Shown here: one piece after another, positions 59,001 through 59,756 of the stretch | Layout: every line of letters starts with the position of its first letter | Position numbering within the stretch: the first letter of the stretch is position 1 | Assembly: GCA_039591655.1 (NCBI GenBank) | Contig: JBDHDE010000012.1 | Coordinates: 1-59,756 of the forward strand | Length of the DNA stretch: 59,756 bases | Source of the DNA: Gemmatimonadota bacterium | Lineage (GTDB): Bacteria > Gemmatimonadota > Gemmatimonadetes > Gemmatimonadales > GWC2-71-9 | Direction of reading: 5' to 3' | The notes under the pieces: generated by a model | Told to the model about the DNA's origin: nothing | Seen by the model: the letters and a program-made list of their open reading frames with translations, nothing else | Database searches by the model: none | Position numbers and translations under genes: made by a program

Positions 59001-59495
59001 TGCTGTCCACGATCGGCGTGCTGATCGGGCTCATGCTGTTCCGCATGCCGTTCGGCATCATCATGACGGGCGTGGGCGTGATCAGCCTCGCCGGCGTGGT
59101 GGTGAACAATGCCATCGTGCTGATCGACTACATCGACATCCTCCGCACGCGCGACAAGCTAGAGCGGCGCGAAGCGATCGTGCGGGGCGGCAAGACTCGT
59201 TTCCGTCCCGTGATGCTGACGGCGGTGACGACGATCCTCGGGCTGATCCCGCTCGCCATCGGGCTCAACATCGACTTCAACGGGCTGTATACGCGGCTGG
59301 CACCGGACTTCCGCGTTCGCGACCTTCCTGACGCTGGTGCTGGTGCCGGTGATGTACTCGCTGCTGGACGACTTCGACAACTGGCTCAAGCGCAATCTCA
59401 CCCGACCGGAGGAGCCGGAGGCCATCCCCGGGGCCAGGCGGCCGAGGGCGGAGCCGACGGACTCGAAGGCGTCAGGCGAGCCAGTCGCCGTATAG
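56003..59495 (+). pseudogene. RND efflux permease (AcrB family) with apparent deletion/frameshift at ~59311
   Basis: GMLVDNAIVVVENI, GVVVNNAIVLID, RFRPVMLT. After LAPDF the last TM (AFATFLTLVLVPVMYSLL…) is in the +1 frame and ends at TAG 59495. Confidence 0.8.
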
Positions 59496-59756
59496 CTCGG
59501 GGCGGCGGTCGCCCCAGAACAGCGTGCGCGCCGGAGAGGAGGCGCACGCCGCGAGTTCGAGATCGGCCACGAGGAGGTCCTCCTCGAGGCGCCGGCCCTG
59601 GGCAACGATCCGGCCGGTCGGATCCACTACGAACGACTCACCTGCAAAGGTGAGTCGTTCTTCTTCGCCCACCCGATTGCACAGCGCGGCGAAGTAGCCG
59701 TTCTGGAAGGCCGCGGCGCGGACCTCCGCCTCGTACATCCCCTCGGGCCACTCGTC
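59472..59756 (-). CDS. Carbon-nitrogen hydrolase (nitrilase superfamily), C-terminal part; 5' end lies outside the window
   Basis: AAFQNGYF…NRVG…FAGESFVVDPTG…DRRPELY. Confidence 0.85.
   Translation of the reverse strand, partial: DEWPEGMYEAEVRAAAFQNGYFAALCNRVGEEERLTFAGESFVVDPTGRIVAQGRRLEEDLLVADLELAACASSPARTLFWGDRRPELYGDWLA

Noticed and set aside
59312..59653. C-terminal extension of the 1216-aa RND ORF
   Set aside because: Out-of-frame sequence after the lesion that overlaps the nitrilase gene. The real C-terminus is in the +1 frame.
1..59756. Mobile elements, prophage, defence systems, tRNA/rRNA, Sec/Pyl read-through
   Set aside because: No integrase, transposase, RT, nuclease or phage motifs, no obvious compositional island, and no in-frame stop interrupting a recognisable gene.

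Overview
High-GC, gene-dense bacterial chromosomal segment. Its gene content (TM + TolB-N-like + TPR receptor protein, large PIG-L protein, many exported peptidases) suggests Gemmatimonadota, which is an inference. It holds about 45 CDS, mostly housekeeping or envelope genes: ptrB, osmC, moaA, pntAA/AB/B, arfB, acnA, tkt-pgi-rpiA, PLP enzymes, two ABC systems, an MFS and a TetR-TolC-MFP-RND locus. I found no rRNA, tRNA, CRISPR array, integrase, transposase or phage genes. The most unusual locus is 21.0-24.7 kb on the minus strand. It has three parts in order: a small membrane protein with four clustered Cys, a 160-200 nt rod-shaped RNA with G-U pairs, two mutually exclusive folds and its own terminator (6S-like), and an aconitase A with a 59-aa histone-H1-like Lys/Ala tail. 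Other items worth checking are an orphan gene with sigma54/IHF/enhancer promoter architecture, a Gly-X-Y lipoprotein, a metalloprotease-propeller-Omp85 fusion, a degenerate PRTase, a double-palindrome TetR operator, and three lesions (2.4 kb, 2.67 kb, 59.3 kb) that are either pseudogenisation or assembly errors. All family assignments come from motif recognition by eye, not database searches.
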